Shown here in pieces: positions 63,261 through 64,000 of a stretch of DNA of 64,000 nucleotides (within the stretch, counting starts at the first letter, position 1; each line of letters begins with the position of its first letter). The position numbers were made by a program, and so were the translations under genes. This DNA comes from Octopus sinensis (Eukaryota). The stretch is from contig NC_043010.1 in assembly GCF_006345805.1 (NCBI RefSeq), positions 16,120,001 through 16,184,000 of the forward strand, in the 5' to 3' direction. Under the pieces are notes generated by a model that had not been told where the DNA came from, ran no database searches, and was given only the letters and a program-made list of their open reading frames with translations.

Positions 63261-63946
63261 TCTCGGGTTTTTTCCCGGTTTATGCAGCTTAAAACTCTTA
63301 CTATAAAATCTCATCTCAGATACTTTTTCCTAATTTTTGCCTTTCATATTTGTTGCTCCCTTATTTGAAAAAAAAGAACCCCACAAAAAACAACATAATT
63401 GCTTTCAGGCATTCTCCTAAATTAAACCCGTAAAAAAATTAGCAATTTATTTCATCTCGTTGCTTAGCTTTGCTTCAAATGTTTTCCTTTCACCTTGCTT
63501 CCTTCGTCTTTTCCTTTTTCAGAGCGCAATCTTACACTCATTGCTCTTGATTCTCCTTGCATTCCTTTCCTCACTCTCTTTCATTCGATCACTTTTCTTT
63601 CCTCCCCCTCTCTTTCACATCTATCTGCCTTTCTCCGCACACCCTCTCTCTCTCTCTCTCTCGGCAATCCCCCTCTCACCTTTATCCTAGCATTCTTCCT
63701 ATATTTCCTTTAACTCCACCCACCTCTCTTTCTCACTGCTTCTTTTTTGCGCAATCACTCCCCTCTCTCTCTCTCATTTGTCTTAACCTTAGTCTCTCCC
63801 TTTTCTCTCACTTTCATACCGTTTCCCTCTTTTTTCATAAATTTCTCTCTAACACCTTTACTCCCTCCTCCTCCTCTCTCTCTCTCTCACTGACTCACAC
63901 TCACTTTCTTATCTTCAATCTCCCTTAATCACCAAGGTAAGCCTGA

Positions 63947-64000
<54 letters not shown>

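Overview
This is eukaryotic, AT-rich, extremely repeat-dense DNA. The SINE/LINE families resemble those I recall from Octopus (coleoid cephalopod); that taxon call is an inference. No intact host protein-coding gene can be supported, and nearly all ORFs in the track are microsatellite or transposon read-through. Retroelements: decayed RTE, CR1-like and R4/Dong-like LINEs, two Penelope-like element (PLE) remnants, four tRNA-derived SINE families and many RTE 3' tails ending in (GAT)n. DNA elements: three Tc1/mariner copies, five copies of a ~410-bp GGATC-ended MITE (each with an 8-bp TSD) and one piggyBac-type MITE. Most notable: (i) at least five minimal type-I hammerhead-ribozyme-like motifs in short PLE-LTR-like units inside (TA)n tracts, two of them in long fold-back palindromes; (ii) a near-perfect 44 x 65-bp array, with incipient higher-order structure, grown from the internal repeat of an RTE 3' UTR; (iii) an RTE C-terminus carrying three tandem C2H2 zinc fingers in an open frame; (iv) a MITE insertion whose empty site is preserved about 1 kb away; (v) a CpG-rich island with an octamer motif and splice donor at ~63 kb that may be the start of a host gene. 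All coordinates were read by eye; boundaries of decayed elements are approximate.
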